DNA of 52,522 nucleotides, filler included, from Catajapyx aquilonaris (taxonomy: Eukaryota), in the NCBI GenBank assembly GCA_000934665.2. It is 3 parts of 3 records of this genome, joined end to end, with 100 filler letters (N's around TTAATTAATTAA, not from the genome) between each part and the next. Parts side by side here need not be neighbours in the genome. Positions count along the whole stretch, not along the records: positions 35,052 to 52,522 come from JYFJ02006958.1; 2 more parts are not named here. One strand, given 5' to 3'. This document shows positions 49,020 to 52,522 of the stretch, in pieces. The first letter of the stretch is position 1, and each line of letters opens with the position of its first letter. Made by a program: the position numbers and the translations under genes. The notes under the pieces were generated by a model. The model made no database searches and was not told where the DNA came from. It saw only the letters and a program-made list of their open reading frames with translations.

Positions 49020-49849
49020 ACATTTCATTCCATTATTTTGTGTTATGTAATATTGTGTAACTTATACTGCATGAATGATTTGTGAGCATAATTGAAGCCC
49101 TCAGGGGAAGAACAATCTAGATCCACTTTTGTCAAAAATGAGTTACATATCTCAGAAGATTGTTTCACTAGCCTCGAATATGGTGGTTTGGTCATAGTTG
49201 TGGAGTAATGATCATAGGTCACTATGCAAGGCCCCGAAAGTGGGATTTACAATGGAACCTTATGGTCCTTCGAAATTTAAAATTGGAATATCTCAGTTGC
49301 ACCTGAGATGGACCTTGATCGTTCTTCACCCTAGGTCTTCAAATAAGAAAACTCAAAAGCAAGCTCTCTTTCTACCATCATGACTTAATTCCTATCCCAG
49401 TGATAAATCTCTCTTCAGACAAGGCAACTAGGGTGAAATATAGGTTGAATATGAACCTATATTTGCACCATGTCTTCCTGCCCTACTCAATGGCAAACGG
49501 AGCAAACGAGGGGATTCGGGAGCGATGAGTTGCCGTGAATCCACTCGGCAAAGCATACAGCGCATGCGCCAGGAGCACACCCGAATTTCTAACATGGTTC
49601 ACCGTGGGGGAAACATGAACGCTCAGGCAGGGGCCAGGCAACTTCTGTCCTCCCGAATCCCAGGCCTAAGCTGTTCAGTGCATCTGCTCCCAAGGGAGAA
49701 CGCTAAAAATGATTACAATAGTTGGCATCAATAACTTCATTGCAACAGCTTCCACTGTTTAAAAGCTATGCTTCCTATGCTGTAAAATATTGGTACAAAT
49801 ATCAGTGCAGAACGTGGATGAGGTCGTAAATTTCTGCTTATGGTCTTAA

Positions 49850-50718
49850 GGGGGGGGGGGGGGGGNTGGATCTGCAAACTCTGGCAAAAATCACAGGGTG
49901 GGTAGAGGCTTGATATAGGATAGAGAAGTTTGAGCTTAGGTACCCATGTCTGGAAATGCCCCTGTATGGAGGTACGGCCATTTCCACCTTTAGTATGTTG
50001 CGCCTGGCAACCCATGGTAGTCGAGGCTTGCGTTCATCAGGCGTTCATCAGGTTTTGCACTTGACACTCGCAATTATTGCGAGTGTCAAGTGCAAAACCT
50101 AATGAACGCAAGCCTCGAGTACCATGGGTTGCCTACCCACCAGGCGCAACATACTAAGGGTGGAAACCTAAGCTCAAAATACCTGCTTATGGGGCCTCTA
50201 CCCACCCTGCGATTTTTGCCAGCGTTAGCGGATCCACCCTGTAGAAAATTGGTACCTTCTTCGAGTTCCAACTCAGGCTGAAAGAGGAGACACTGGATCC
50301 CACCCTCCCTACAGAAAAGAAGGGTCGCGGTTGCGGTTGACCATTCCCACTAGGCACAAAAAAAAATGCGAAAATTAGGGTTCTCCCAACTGCTAGTAGT
50401 TCTCAAATCAGTAAAATTTTGACAAAATTATTATTTGCCAAAAACCTATAGCTAAATGCTAAACATAAAAATCGGATTTGTTGTTCTGGAGCACCTCTTT
50501 TTTCTGCATTTTTGGGTGCTTGTTACGACATCACTTAAAATTTCACGCCAGTGTAAATTACTCCTGCAGGCAAATGACTTAAAAATACTGTATTAATAAT
50601 ATGGGAAAAGTACCACGATCATGTGTAAGAGAGGTCAGTTACACTTAACAGAAAAAATTTCAATTCTGCTGTTGTTAGTTAGCAAGAATTTTACTCCCAA
50701 ATTCTCTTTATCCCCCCC
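49850..50718. mobile_element. Composite element: 370-bp palindrome fused to a copy of the 41421-41872 element
   Basis: Palindrome centred near 50074 (49868-50238); 50255-50718 aligns with 41450-41872. Confidence 0.65.
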
Positions 50719-50862
50719 CACAGCAAAGCACTGTAGATCATGGGCTGCCAGTTAGTGCAATTATTGCTTTCAGACTCGCACTCCGAAGGACTTGGAACAC
50801 ACAAGTTTTTTTATATTCAACCCAAACCATCAATAATAATACACCTAACAATCCAGTGTGTA

Positions 50863-51370
50863 CAGTCACAAGCATAAAAATTTGGACGGTAACACTCCCC
50901 TTGCTAGTCGAGGAGCAGCCAGTGTCATCATTGCACTATGAACATAGTGTTCTCAGTGTGTCCTAGACTAGTAGGTCTAATCTGGTGGTGTTGGGGAGTG
51001 GCGGAGGTCATGCAAGTGTGACAGAATTGTATGGCCTGCCTTGCTCTTCCCGGCCGGGAGATTGGCACCTTGGGGGTGTGGTGCGATTGGCACCACTTGC
51101 CGGCGGCGGGGAGGCGGGGGAGAGGCGAGAGGGAGAGAGAGTTGAGTGTGAGCAGCCGAGTAGGGCGGACGCATGGTGCGTCGTCTCCCCTGAAGGTGAG
51201 CTGCAACTAGTGCTGTAATCCTACCTGGAGCATTAAAGCAAAGCGTAACGAGGCAGTCTGTGTTCTGATTATGTAATCGGCATAGAAGGTAACCTATCAA
51301 GGTCACACAAGGAGCTCCCAGGCAAAGGAAGAGCTCTGGTCTACCGTACACATCTTAATGCTTGTGACTG
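50863..51370. mobile_element. TA-flanked MITE
   Basis: TA-CAGTCACAAGCAT...ATGCTTGTGACTG-TA. Confidence 0.75.
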
Positions 51371-51875
51371 TACATAAACGCTGTACCCAGGACTGAGGAG
51401 GTAAAACTACAATAAATTCACGTACTTCTGTAAAAAATGACAAACTCCCCTTCACACTTTAACTTATTTATTTTCTTACAAAACATCACTGCAAGAATAG
51501 TTATTTTGCCTATGACATAAAGAAGATGTAAGAAAACTGGCACTCATTTCAATATTTCCTAGATGAACAAACTGAATAAGAGTAAAAAGTTATTTGCCTA
51601 ACTTGCAAAGCATCGCTTCTCAAACTCTGGCTAAGATCAAAAGTATTAAGATCTAACTTGCAAAAGATGTGCTCCAGGACCGTTGTTGCTGTGCACTGCC
51701 ATACCTTAAAGCAAATATTGCTTCTGATAATGTAGCCTAAGTTGAAAAGGTGAAACTCAGTGTTGTCCTCTATTTCAGTATTGCAGAAATCCACATTTTT
51801 GAAAGAATCCCTGCCAGTATTGATTTTGTTGTTGTGTACCATAGTTGTTATTAGTGGTAATTGTATTTAATTACA

Positions 51876-51908
51876 CACATACATTGCAAGGTCAAGCACT
51901 ACACAGTC

Positions 51909-51940
<32 letters not shown>
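51876..51940 (+). mobile_element. 5'-truncated SINE family 3 (or partner LINE) tail
   Basis: ACATTGCAAGGTCAAGCACTAC plus (ATT)n matches the 3' end of copy B. Confidence 0.6.
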
Positions 51941-51941
<1 letters not shown>

Positions 51942-52205
51942 TACCAGTGTTACAAAATCATTATATTGAAAATATATCAATTTTACGCCTGGTTACATCA
52001 GAGCAAGATTCAGGTACATGCAGTGACATATTACCAATTAGGCCAAGTAGACACGTGCCTAGGGCGGCAAATTTTAGGGGGCGGCAAAATTTGCTGCCCT
52101 AGAGTCAAGATAATTTTCTCCTCGATAAATTTTTTCGCCTCCATGACGAGTGCGAAAATATGTACTTTATGCAAGACTTTATGGCGTCACCGTTCATGTG
52201 CCGCC

Positions 52206-52345
52206 CCAAGATGAATCGCCCGATGCTCGAGACCAGTAAGGCGAAAGTCACGTGCACCCTTCCCCCCTAGGACAGTGGGGATCTGTGCAGGATCTACAGG
52301 CGACTTTCACCCTTACTTGTCTGGGCATCGGCCGATTCACCTTGG
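52206..52345. repeat. Inverted repeat / MITE remnant
   Basis: CCAAGATGAATCGCCCGATGC...GCATCGGCCGATTCACCTTGG. Confidence 0.6.
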
Positions 52346-52522
52346 AGCGGCATAGAAAATGTATAACCCTCCAAGATGAAATTCACTGGATTTTGCTAAG
52401 TACATGAATCACCAAAATTTCAAAATAATTTGAAACAACAATTTTCGAGACATTTGGCCTTGAAATCCACAAATTGCGGAATTTCCCCAATCTCGGACCT
52501 AAAAAACAGATAGGAGTGGGGG

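Noticed and set aside
51549..51842. Terminal exon of a convergent gene
   Set aside because: No recognisable homology and ambiguous splice signals
1..52522. CRISPR arrays, rRNA or prokaryotic operons
   Set aside because: No regular repeat-spacer array is present and the DNA is intron-containing eukaryotic sequence

Overview
Repeat-rich eukaryotic DNA, probably an invertebrate and likely an arthropod (species not identifiable). The window is three contigs (1-17417, 17518-34951, 35052-52522; 17417, 17434 and 17471 bp) joined by identical artificial 100-nt spacers (N44-TTAATTAATTAA-N44), so nothing should be inferred across the joins. Contig 1 carries the first three coding exons of an ATF-2/ATF-7 transcription factor among MITEs and three tRNA-derived SINE families. 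Contig 2 has no recognisable host gene: it is a dense pile of decayed transposon fragments (Sola, Ty3/gypsy, Harbinger, EnSpm/CACTA, hAT, MULE, piggyBac, P), and all the coding and LTR pieces I could orient are on the + strand. That pattern resembles a uni-strand piRNA cluster and is the best candidate for an undescribed system here, though it is inference only. Contig 3 carries a complete four-exon COMMD9 gene, a divergent partial C2H2 zinc-finger gene and more MITEs and SINEs. TE family names come from termini, target-site duplications (TSDs) and remembered protein motifs, not from database searches.
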